The notes beneath the pieces are model-generated. The model worked only from the letters and a program-made list of their open reading frames with translations, made no database searches and was not told where the DNA came from. Shown here one piece after another: positions 46,448 to 54,140 of a DNA stretch of 54,140 bases; the first letter of the stretch is position 1; every line of letters begins with the position of its first letter. The DNA lies in the NCBI GenBank assembly GCA_964601325.1, contig CAZRNA010000006.1, positions 1-54,140 on the forward strand, given 5' to 3'. The position numbers and the translations under genes were made by a program. The DNA comes from an uncultured Candidatus Bathyarchaeia archaeon. Its GTDB lineage: Archaea; Thermoproteota; Bathyarchaeia; 40CM-2-53-6.

Positions 46448-48402
46448 AACGTGTGGGAGTCTTCGTCTGCCATTGCGGCCTAAATATCGCGGGAACAGTC
46501 AACATCAAGGAGATCACTGACGCAGCCAGCAAGACTCCTGATGTTGTAGTAGCCGCTGACCATCGATACCTATGCTCGGAACCAGGACAAGCACTGATCA
46601 AGGACAACATTAAGCAACACAGATTAGACGCGATAGTTGTCGCTGCATGCTCACCTGCAATGCACGAGATCACGTTCAGAAACATCGCTCGGGCTGCGGG
46701 CCTCAACAGGTACCAGTCTGAGATTGCGAACATACGCGAGCAATGTAGCTGGGTTCACGACAACATCGAGAAGGCGACTGAGAAGGCACATGTGATCATA
46801 CGCCAGAGCATAGAGAAAGTCAAACTGAACGAGCTCCTCGACCCAATCACCGTTCCTGTCACCAGGAGAGCGCTGATTGTCGGCGGCGGCATCGCAGGCA
46901 TCCGCGCAGCTCTTGACGTCGCTAACAGTGGACACCAAGTCTACCTTGTGGAGAAGACAGGTTCCATTGGCGGAAGAATGGCCCAACTCTCAGAAACATT
47001 CCCGACCCTAGACTGTTCTATCTGTATCCTAGGGCCGCTCATGGTCGAGGCTTACCGGAACCCAAACATCAAGATCCTCCGACTCTCAGAAGTCGAGGAA
47101 GTCAAAGGCTTCATCGGAAATTTCAAAGTGAAAGTGCGACAGGCACCGGTTTACGTTGACGAGACTGAATGCAACTCGTGCGCAGAATGCGTCAAAGTCT
47201 GCCCGGCTGAGGTTCCCAATGAGTTTGATTCTGGTCTGACATGGAGAAAAGCGATCTACATTCCGTTCGCGCAGGCCGTGCCTCCTGCATATGTGTTAGA
47301 CGCGAAAAGTTGTTTGGGGCTTCTTCCTCAAGCGTGTGGCGAATGCAAGAAAGCTTGCGACAAGCTCGGGATGTCTTGCATCAATCTCGACGCGCATCCG
47401 GAGACCCATGAGCTTGAAGTCGGGGCCATTATCTCGGCCACAGGCTACGAGATGTACGACGCAGCGAGGCTTACCGAGTATGGGTACGGAATCTATCCAG
47501 ACGTAATGACCAGCCTAGAATTCGAGCGAATGCTATCTGCTTCAGGACCCACATCTGGCGTCATCAGGCGACCTTCCGACGGGCGCATTCCGAAAGAAGT
47601 CGTGTTCATTCAATGCGCAGGACAAAGAGAGCCTGAAACAGCACTACCCTACTGTTCGAAAGTCTGCTGCATGTACACCGCTCGGCACGCGATGCTGTTC
47701 CGTCACAAGGTCCCAGATGGGCAGGCATACGTTTTCTACATGGACATACGAGCCGGCGGAAAAGGATACGAGGAGTTTGTCAAACGCACGCAAGAAGAAG
47801 GAGGAGTCCTGTACTTGCGCGGCAGAGTGGCTAAGGTCCACGAAGAGAACGACAAATTGGTCGTCAAAGGCGTCGACACTCTCAGCGGAAAGACCGTTCA
47901 GATTGACGCCGATGTTGTGGTGTTGGCGGTCGGGATGGTTCCAAGTCAAGGATCCCGCGAACTCGCTAACACGTTGAAAGCGTCTGTGGATGAGAACGGT
48001 TTCTTCGCCGAGGCACATCCGAAGCTCCGCCCTCTAGAAAGTGCAACTGCAGGGATCTTCCTAGCTGGTGCTGGACAAGCGCCGAAGGACATCCCGGAGA
48101 CGGTGGCTCAGGCCAGCGGCGCAGCCAGCAAAGCTTTGAACCTCTTGTCAAGTCCAACGCTCGAACGCGAGCCAACGGTGGCTCGGATTGTCAACGAATT
48201 CTGCAGCGGGTGCGGTATCTGCGTACCAGCCTGTCCCTTTGAAGCACTCAGCATGAACAGGGAGAGGAAGATTGCAGAGGTCGCTGAAGCACTCTGCGAA
48301 GGATGCGGAACCTGCGTTGCATCCTGCCCATCCGGTGCTCTCTCGCTGAGGAACCTGACTGACACTCAGATCATGGCAATGATACGAGCAGGAAGAGGTT
48401 GA
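46444..48402 (+). CDS. hdrA: heterodisulfide reductase subunit A-like FAD/Fe-S protein
   Basis: 652 aa. N-terminal VGVFVCHCGLNIAGTV, FAD fold ALIVGGGIAGIRAAL, inserted ferredoxin CNSCAECVKVCP, C-terminal CSGCGICVPACP / CEGCGTCVASCP. It overlaps hdrB by 4 nt. Confidence 0.9.
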   Translation: MKRVGVFVCHCGLNIAGTVNIKEITDAASKTPDVVVAADHRYLCSEPGQALIKDNIKQHRLDAIVVAACSPAMHEITFRNIARAAGLNRYQSEIANIREQCSWVHDNIEKATEKAHVIIRQSIEKVKLNELLDPITVPVTRRALIVGGGIAGIRAALDVANSGHQVYLVEKTGSIGGRMAQLSETFPTLDCSICILGPLMVEAYRNPNIKILRLSEVEEVKGFIGNFKVKVRQAPVYVDETECNSCAECVKVCPAEVPNEFDSGLTWRKAIYIPFAQAVPPAYVLDAKSCLGLLPQACGECKKACDKLGMSCINLDAHPETHELEVGAIISATGYEMYDAARLTEYGYGIYPDVMTSLEFERMLSASGPTSGVIRRPSDGRIPKEVVFIQCAGQREPETALPYCSKVCCMYTARHAMLFRHKVPDGQAYVFYMDIRAGGKGYEEFVKRTQEEGGVLYLRGRVAKVHEENDKLVVKGVDTLSGKTVQIDADVVVLAVGMVPSQGSRELANTLKASVDENGFFAEAHPKLRPLESATAGIFLAGAGQAPKDIPETVAQASGAASKALNLLSSPTLEREPTVARIVNEFCSGCGICVPACPFEALSMNRERKIAEVAEALCEGCGTCVASCPSGALSLRNLTDTQIMAMIRAGRG

Positions 48403-48406
48403 GGCC

Positions 48407-48820
48407 TTGAGCCAACCTAGGATTCTCGCATTCCTCTGCAGATGGTGTGCCTACGCAGGCGCGGATCTTGCGGGAACCACCAGGAAGCATTACGATCCGA
48501 ATCTGATCTCGATTCGCGTGACATGTTCCGGAAGAATCGACCCAAGCTTCGTTCTCGAAGCCCTTGAAGAAGGCTATGATGGGGTTCTAATCGCAGGATG
48601 CCATCCGGGAACGTGTCACTACATTAGCGGGAACTACAAAGCCCTCAGACGTTTCACGCTGCTGCGAAAGCTCCTGAGGCAAATGGGCGTTCCAGACGAA
48701 CGTGTCAGGCTCGAATGGATCTCAGCATCCGAAAGCGACAAGTTCGTGACAGTCGTGAACGAGATGGTCGAGAACCTACGCAAACTGGAACCAGCAATGC
48801 CAGTTGAACAACACACGTAG
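48407..48820 (+). CDS. mvhD: MvhD/FlpD-type [2Fe-2S] electron-transfer protein
   Basis: ILAFLCRWCAYAGADLAG......P.....IRV.CSGRIDP.FVLEAL..G.DGVLIAGCHPGTCHY is the MvhD signature. It starts 4 nt after hdrA. Confidence 0.85.
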   Translation: MSQPRILAFLCRWCAYAGADLAGTTRKHYDPNLISIRVTCSGRIDPSFVLEALEEGYDGVLIAGCHPGTCHYISGNYKALRRFTLLRKLLRQMGVPDERVRLEWISASESDKFVTVVNEMVENLRKLEPAMPVEQHT

Positions 48821-49249
48821 AAATCAATCCTATGATGGTTCAAACCGTGTGGTCGCACCAGAGGATCCACACACACAAAACAACCGATTCCAAGAGTTCG
48901 AATTCGGACGCCCGCACCAGCCTACGCGACGACGATCGTTCAAATCACGACGAATGCACTAGCTTACCACAGAAAAGAGGAAGAAAGAGAGGTCGCTAGG
49001 AGATTCCTCCCCTAACGCGTCGCTCGTCGTCTTCATTGAATTTCTGTGTGTGGTGGGTACCTTGTACCCCAGCTGCCGTCCCCTTTCAAGCAACGACATT
49101 GCAGGCTGCCTTTTCAGGTCAAGCAGATGAGCGAGAACATCGAGGCCGAACGCTGCAAACCAACGAACAAAGAATGCAAGTTCAAGGTTGCCCAAATGTT
49201 AAGAAAGCTCGAACTCATTTAGTCGGAACGACAAGCAGAGGTCTGCTAA

Positions 49250-49909
49250 TTGGACTTGGAGATCGCGCCGCTTTTCCTTAGCAGCATAATCTCAGCAGGT
49301 CTAGCGTTCAGCGTAGCTTACTTGATGCTCAGGTCTTATAGAGTGACGCAAAGGGAATACTTGCTCGGCCTTCCGATTGGATTCAGTTTCCTCGCGCTTT
49401 CCTACCTCTTTCTCGTGGCGTCCGCTGCAATCCCCGTGGTGAAGGATGTTGCTCGTTGGCTTGATCTGTTCTCTACAAGCTTCGGCTTTGCGTTCATAGG
49501 TGGAACCTACTTTCTGAGAAGCAGAGGCACAAGAGGGCAGTTGTCCAGCTGGATCTTCTCTATCGCAGTGCTAGCTATTGTCGTGGTCATCTTGGTTGAG
49601 GTCGTACCGCCGTTTGGCGCTTTCCCTCCCTATTCAGTGGCCGACGAGATTGTTCGAATCATCAACTTAGGTTTTCTAGGTTACATAATATTCAGCTTGA
49701 ACCAGTCACTGAAGCAGAGCCCACATGAAGTAAATTTCTTTGTGCAAACAGGCTTCATCTTGCTTGCCTTCGGACAATATAGTCTCCTGCTCTGGTCGTT
49801 GGACCAGGGGTTCTGGTCATTTGCGTTGTCAAACTTGTTTCGGCTAGCGGGTCTTGTTGCTATCTTGACTGAAGCTGCCACCGCAGTCACGAGTACTCGT
49901 CTTGGATGA
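49250..49909 (+). CDS. hypothetical integral membrane protein (about 6-7 TM)
   Basis: 219 aa and uniformly hydrophobic. It is followed after 6 nt by the wHTH gene. I recognise no family. Confidence 0.45.
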   Translation: MDLEIAPLFLSSIISAGLAFSVAYLMLRSYRVTQREYLLGLPIGFSFLALSYLFLVASAAIPVVKDVARWLDLFSTSFGFAFIGGTYFLRSRGTRGQLSSWIFSIAVLAIVVVILVEVVPPFGAFPPYSVADEIVRIINLGFLGYIIFSLNQSLKQSPHEVNFFVQTGFILLAFGQYSLLLWSLDQGFWSFALSNLFRLAGLVAILTEAATAVTSTRLG

Positions 49910-49915
49910 TGATGT

Positions 49916-50206
49916 TTGCATCACACGAAAGAACCCGAGAAAGTCCGTGCTCGCTATCGTCCGAGAATCTTCTACGACATACTATGCTCCATAATCCGTC
50001 AAGAGTCTAACGGCGTTGTGAAAATTACGAGAGTTCAGAATGAGGTTAATCTTCCCTCAGACCGTTTCCGAGCACATCTTGAGGACATGAAAGCTCTGGA
50101 GCTTGTCGAGTATGATGAGCGCCTCGCTTCCACCGAGAAGGGTAGAACGTTCGTGTCAGAGTACGAGAAAGTCATTGATGTCTTGAAGAAGTTCGGACTG
50201 GACTAA
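49916..50206 (+). CDS. small winged-helix DNA-binding protein (HTH_45-like)
   Basis: 96 aa. RIFYDILCSII......KITRVQNEVNL..DRF..HLEDM.ALELVEY......T.KGR.F matches the small archaeal wHTH proteins I know as PF14947-type. The start is TTG. Confidence 0.6.
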   Translation: MHHTKEPEKVRARYRPRIFYDILCSIIRQESNGVVKITRVQNEVNLPSDRFRAHLEDMKALELVEYDERLASTEKGRTFVSEYEKVIDVLKKFGLD

Positions 50207-50230
50207 CGGCATCGCCAACCTCGGAAAAAT

Positions 50231-50288
50231 CAGGTACTATTCGTACGTACTCCGCTTACGTATCCCACGTACGTATCTTGCGTACCTG
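50231..50288. promoter_or_regulatory. 58-bp dyad-symmetric array of five GTAC/TACGTA boxes at about 12-bp spacing
   Basis: CAGGTAC-tattc-GTACGTAC-tccgct-TACGTA-tcccac-GTACGTAT-cttgc-GTACCTG. The overall dyad centre at 50259.5 coincides with the centre of the middle TACGTA. The boxes are conserved while the spacers are not. Confidence 0.55.
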
Positions 50289-50326
50289 AATCATTATCGT
50301 TCAGCCAGTCTGCTCATTTTCAATGA

Positions 50327-50677
50327 GTGAAGATGGATCGAGACAAGCTAGACTTCGTGATCGTTGGTGGCATTGGTGTCGCAGTGCTCATGTGTCTAGT
50401 CGCGGCGATTCTTCGCGATCTCGGACTATTTCGTTCCATTCCACTCTACTTCAGTCTGCCATCGGAGAGTTTCATGGCGTTTCTGTGGGTTCTAGGTCTT
50501 GCTTCGGTGCTCTTTATTCCGATTAGGTTCTACTTGCAAAAGCAAGTGGCAATTCATCAGTCAGCCAGACGGATTTGGCGTACGGCTTCCATTCCGTCTC
50601 AAGACAGGTCTGTCAAGATTCGGAGTTGGCATGTCGGTCAAGATGAGAAGAATCGCACCAGCTCAGAAGATACGTAG
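50327..50677 (+). CDS. hypothetical small membrane protein (2 TM plus basic tail)
   Basis: 116 aa with two hydrophobic helices. It lies 11 nt upstream of the antiporter gene. Confidence 0.4.
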   Translation: MKMDRDKLDFVIVGGIGVAVLMCLVAAILRDLGLFRSIPLYFSLPSESFMAFLWVLGLASVLFIPIRFYLQKQVAIHQSARRIWRTASIPSQDRSVKIRSWHVGQDEKNRTSSEDT

Positions 50678-50688
50678 GTGGTGAGCAA

Positions 50689-51933
50689 GTGGCTGACCCT
50701 GTCGCCTTGTCTCCAGCGACCATAGTGTCACTGATTATCTTCCTCTCCTTCCTAGGCGCCATCCTAAGCGCCAAACTCAAGACGTCATACTCAACGATCC
50801 TTATCGTCATTGGCCTAGCACTGTCATTCCTGAGAATCGGTGGCGGACTGGAGAGCATTCCATTCGATGGTAGCATGATACTTGGTTTCGTCGTTCCACC
50901 CATGATCTTCGAAGCAGCCATGCGAACTCGTATTCAGACCTTCAGGACAGTTGAGAAAACGGTGATAAGCCTAGCCATATTCGGAGTTGTAATATCCGCC
51001 ATCATAACGGGACTAGTCATTAATGTCGTCGTTGGTCTCCCCCTCTCAATCGCACTCATGTTTGGCGTGATAATCGCTCCCACTGACCCTGTATCAGTCG
51101 TCAGTCTACTCAAGAGAGTTCGGTCGCCAGAAAGGCTGACAGTCCTGCTAGAGTCGGAAGCCTACTTCAACAATGCTACGCCAGTCATCCTCTATTCTGT
51201 TGCTGCGTCTTTGTCCTTCAACTCGGTCAATCTAGGTACATTCGCTTACGATCTTCTGGGAGGAGTTGGAGTTGGCCTTGTGGTATCAGTGGTTGCTGAG
51301 TTGCTACACAAACTGATTACTGAGCCTCTAGCCGAGACATCATTCACAATAGCCGTGATGTTCGGCTCTTACGCTCTCGCCGAGAGCCTAGGCATGTCCG
51401 GTCTGATCGCGGTACCCATAGCCGGCCTATACATGGGAAACCGAACAATGCGAACAGCAATGTCTGAGGAGACTCGAAATACTATGACAAAGTTCTGGGA
51501 AGTCGCAACCTTTATGGCCACTTCTTTCGCCTTCCTGCTTATCGGACTGAAAACAGATTTCACGCTGCTCATCACTTATGCCCCGGCCATCACAGTTGCC
51601 TTTTTGGCCATCCTGGCTGCGAGGGTGATCAGCGTCTATCCAGTAGTTGGACTCGCGAAGATGATGCGAGAGAAGATACCGCACTCGTGGACCCGAGTCA
51701 TTGCCTTCGCGGGACTTCGAGGAGCAGTCTCAATTGCTCTGGCACTCTCTTTGCCTGAAACCCCCTTCAAGAATATGATAGTCGCAATGACCTTCGGCGT
51801 CGCCCTTCTTTCGCTAGTTGTCCAAGCGGAAATTATGCAAGTCTATTTGGGGAACGCCAGACTGACCTCATGCGGAGAGAATGAACAACAGCCAAACACA
51901 ATACGAACTCCTACGCCCCCGTTGGCGTTATGA
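50689..51933 (+). CDS. Na+/H+ (cation:proton) antiporter, CPA1/NhaP type
   Basis: The protein is polytopic. IIAPTDPVSVVSLLK (the ATDPVAV-type motif) and the downstream GLRGAVSIALAL are typical of NhaP/NHE. Confidence 0.85.
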   Translation: MADPVALSPATIVSLIIFLSFLGAILSAKLKTSYSTILIVIGLALSFLRIGGGLESIPFDGSMILGFVVPPMIFEAAMRTRIQTFRTVEKTVISLAIFGVVISAIITGLVINVVVGLPLSIALMFGVIIAPTDPVSVVSLLKRVRSPERLTVLLESEAYFNNATPVILYSVAASLSFNSVNLGTFAYDLLGGVGVGLVVSVVAELLHKLITEPLAETSFTIAVMFGSYALAESLGMSGLIAVPIAGLYMGNRTMRTAMSEETRNTMTKFWEVATFMATSFAFLLIGLKTDFTLLITYAPAITVAFLAILAARVISVYPVVGLAKMMREKIPHSWTRVIAFAGLRGAVSIALALSLPETPFKNMIVAMTFGVALLSLVVQAEIMQVYLGNARLTSCGENEQQPNTIRTPTPPLAL

Positions 51934-52126
51934 ACGCTCGTCGTTCATCTGTCCTTTTGTAGTGACGGGGTAGGTTGATGCGGGCACCGTAATTTGAACC
52001 ATCAGTTGGAGTGATTGCGTGTATGCGTACCAGCCTATCCACACACGCGAAGAGACATAAAGTTCAAGCTCCACATTGCGCGTCTTACCACGATAATATT
52101 GAGCTTGGTAGGGCACCGGGATCCGT

Positions 52127-52510
52127 GTGAATTTCGCAGAGAAATCTCTCTATCACCAGATTCATCCCGTGAAGTTAGTTACAGATATTGGTAGTTCGTT
52201 GATTTCTCTCTACTTCTTCTGGATGCACGACCTTACATCTGGCCTTCTGGTAGGTATTGCTCCAGGAGTGGCGGTATCCTTTTTCATAATCCAATTTGTG
52301 AACTTGGATAGATACAGGGATTCCTCTATTGGGAGATATGTTGGCAGATACATGACTCGGGAAATGCAGGCTCTTCGAGCTGTAGGACAATTGGTGGTGT
52401 GGGTCGGAACTTGGTACCATGTTTTGTTGCTGATTTTCGCGGGGTTTGCAATGATCGTCTTTGGATGGATACGAGGTAGACTGCTTCCAAGAAGCATGTT
52501 GTCCCGATGA
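52127..52510 (+). CDS. hypothetical membrane protein (about 4 TM)
   Basis: 127 aa and hydrophobic, with a GTG start. I recognise no family. Confidence 0.4.
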   Translation: MNFAEKSLYHQIHPVKLVTDIGSSLISLYFFWMHDLTSGLLVGIAPGVAVSFFIIQFVNLDRYRDSSIGRYVGRYMTREMQALRAVGQLVVWVGTWYHVLLLIFAGFAMIVFGWIRGRLLPRSMLSR

Positions 52511-52749
52511 CTCTCGGCGGTGCGGAACTGTCGTCCAAGTTCATGACATAGCTGAGATTAGGCGCAGTTCTCTGTGCGTGCACATCAAGCGACTTCGCAG
52601 ACAGAAATCCGCAGTTCGTGATAGGATGCCTGCATCACGAGACCTGCGGCAAATAAGGGCAAAAGAGAGAGAACAGGCAGACAGACATGGAAGCGAGAGA
52701 ACAATATCGAGCAATACTAATTGAGTCGAGAATTCAGCGCTGAATGTGC

Positions 52750-53436
52750 CTATTGTACTCCTAGCATTATCGCGGTCAACAGGAGTATTCCCACGGTCGC
52801 CATCGCTGTCCCAAGAAGCAGAGTCGTCGTGGATGCATTTCTGGCATGCATTTTCCTGAACTCCATAATTGCCTTCTTACTGGAGAATACGACCAAGATC
52901 GCGGTCAGTGGTAGAATGAAGACGGCATTGTATGCAAGAAGGTAAGGAATCTTGAGGGGCGAGCCAGATATGAGAGATAGGAAGGTCATGTAGACACCGC
53001 CCGTGCAGGCACAAGGAAAGTTGTGAAATCCTATCAGAATGCCCGCTGCGAAAACCGCAGGAACTCCGCCAGCCTTCATGAAACGTACAGCTCTTGAGCT
53101 GAGCGCATGCGAGACAGATCCCATCATGAGTGGGATCGAATGTGGCCGAAAATAGTTGACAATGTCAGCGACGCCAATCGCAAGCATTCCAGCAGCTGCG
53201 ATCCTTGCGAGAAAATGCGGCACAGAAGGAAGCGTGATGAAAAGTAACGTGACCCCGAGTCCCACCATCACATAGGAAAGAAAGACGCTTCCTATGTAGA
53301 CCGCGCCGTAGCCCAAGATCGTGTTGCGGTCGGTCTGAGTCGAGTACATTAGGCTTAGAAACAATCCAAGCAGTCCAAGCGAGCAGATATTCAGTCCGTC
53401 AATCAGCCCTAGAGAGATCAGCGGAAGAGGATTCAA
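52750..53436 (-). CDS. CcdA/DsbD-type transmembrane thiol-disulfide electron-transfer protein (tentative)
   Basis: A six-TM protein with one Cys in TM1 (IDGLNICSLGLL) and a Cys pair in a central TM (FHNFPCACTGGVY), as in DsbD-family membrane domains. Confidence 0.55.
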   Translation of the reverse strand: MNPLPLISLGLIDGLNICSLGLLGLFLSLMYSTQTDRNTILGYGAVYIGSVFLSYVMVGLGVTLLFITLPSVPHFLARIAAAGMLAIGVADIVNYFRPHSIPLMMGSVSHALSSRAVRFMKAGGVPAVFAAGILIGFHNFPCACTGGVYMTFLSLISGSPLKIPYLLAYNAVFILPLTAILVVFSSKKAIMEFRKMHARNASTTTLLLGTAMATVGILLLTAIMLGVQ

Positions 53437-53442
53437 AACAGG

Positions 53443-53871
53443 CTATCCTCTGATGACTTCTACATTTCCATCGCCAAGAAGCTCTATTGTAACATGGTCT
53501 CCTGCGGCGAGGCACGCTTGATTCGACATGTCGTGCGTATAGTTGAAGTGAAGCTCAGTTCCATCAGAGCCTGTGATTATCGCGATGCAGTTTGTTAGGC
53601 CGTGCTCCACAGGCTTACAGTTTGTGTCAGCCTGAACAATTCCTCCTGTGCTCCCAGCCAGGTGAGCGTTTACGATACTGCCGAAAAACGCATCCCCCGT
53701 TGACACTGGCTGTGAACCGTCATTTGTCGAAGGAACAGATGGCTGAACGTCCGAGTGGAGTGGCATTGGAGAGGAAACCAGAAAGGCAATTCCCCCGAAG
53801 ATGGCGAGGAGCAGCAGAAACGCCAAGATCCCGCCGTGACCCTTCTTCGCTGTTCGCCTGCGATTTGTCAA
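53443..53871 (-). CDS. hypothetical N-terminally anchored extracytoplasmic Cys-containing protein
   Basis: 142 aa. TM helix ILAFLLLLAIFGGIAFLV, then a beta-rich domain with three Cys (TNCKPVEHGLTNC, QAC). Its stop lies 6 nt before the CcdA-like start. Confidence 0.4.
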   Translation of the reverse strand: MTNRRRTAKKGHGGILAFLLLLAIFGGIAFLVSSPMPLHSDVQPSVPSTNDGSQPVSTGDAFFGSIVNAHLAGSTGGIVQADTNCKPVEHGLTNCIAIITGSDGTELHFNYTHDMSNQACLAAGDHVTIELLGDGNVEVIRG

Positions 53872-54015
53872 ACGTAAGTTCCAGCTCGTTGAGGCAGGCT
53901 ACAGATTAGCCCTATTTGGCTAGTAGGCTTGCCATTTACAAAGAAGAACGAGCATCGACTTGTCAGTATATAAGCACGAGGGCGTTCGGACGATCATCGG
54001 GTATCGAGCATCCGC

Positions 54016-54140
54016 CTAGCCCAGTTCGACTTCTTGGACAAATGCGCCATGCCAAGAATGATACCAAACTTCTCCACTGTATCCATTCACGCTGAGCATC
54101 CCGACTATCTTGCCGTCTTTCTGGAAATCGATTGTGTAGT
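54016..54140 (-). CDS. 3' end of a PepSY-like domain protein (5' part lies outside the window)
   Basis: The minus-strand frame reads YTIDFQKDGKIVGMLSVNGYSGEVWYHSWHGAFVQEVELG*. The ..V....G.VWYH.WHG ending resembles PepSY-type domains. It is too short to appear in the ORF track. Confidence 0.35.
   Translation of the reverse strand, partial: YTIDFQKDGKIVGMLSVNGYSGEVWYHSWHGAFVQEVELG

Noticed and set aside
53967-53977. An exact 11-mer, TATATAAGCAC, shared with 11717-11727.
   Set aside because: In a 54-kb window, hundreds of shared 11-mers are expected by chance. Both copies are generic TATA-box-like sequences, so this is not evidence of a repeat family.

Overview
This is a densely coding archaeal chromosomal segment with about 60 genes. 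I found no rRNA, CRISPR array, transposase or integrase. The archaeal assignment rests on A-type ATP synthase subunits A/B/D, transcription factor E, aTrm56, MBF1, NAC, and a tRNA-Val carrying a non-canonical D-arm intron. I cannot place the lineage more precisely by eye; the mix of secreted peptidases and Hdr/Kor genes would fit an uncultured sediment-type archaeon.

Content, left to right:
- Small-molecule genes: hydrolase, Nudix-like protein, methyltransferase, PaaK-like ligase, LctP-type permease, nitroreductase.
- tRNA-Val(UAC), a DinB-like protein, a GNAT, and an ABC-2 exporter.
- An orphan array of repeated palindromic boxes.
- Two surface proteins.
- LplA, followed by a conserved information-processing block (tfe, trm56, mbf1, PUA protein, nac).
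- Redox, sulfur-amino-acid and transporter genes, and an M48 peptidase.
- atpA-atpB-atpD.
- An island of membrane-anchored or secreted hydrolases at 31-35.7 kb.
- HD, JAMM, SIMPL, Lrp-like and rhomboid genes.
- A korDABG 2-oxoacid:ferredoxin oxidoreductase operon.
- A tightly coupled six-gene operon: SdhB/FrdB-like Fe-S protein, a truncated SdhA/FrdA-type flavoprotein with a novel N-terminal extension, HdrC, HdrB, HdrA and MvhD.
- Membrane proteins, a small wHTH regulator, an NhaP antiporter and a CcdA-like module.

The best candidate for an undescribed system is the Frd-like/Hdr/MvhD operon next to kor. It may be a hydrogenase-independent, flavin-based electron-bifurcating reductase.

Secondary leads:
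- Two phased palindromic operator-like arrays, at 11.76 kb and 50.23 kb.
- The intron-containing tRNA.
- The zinc-ribbon-anchored hydrolase island.
- An extremely Tyr/Trp-rich segment in a surface protein.

All calls come from reading the translations and the DNA by eye. No database search was run.
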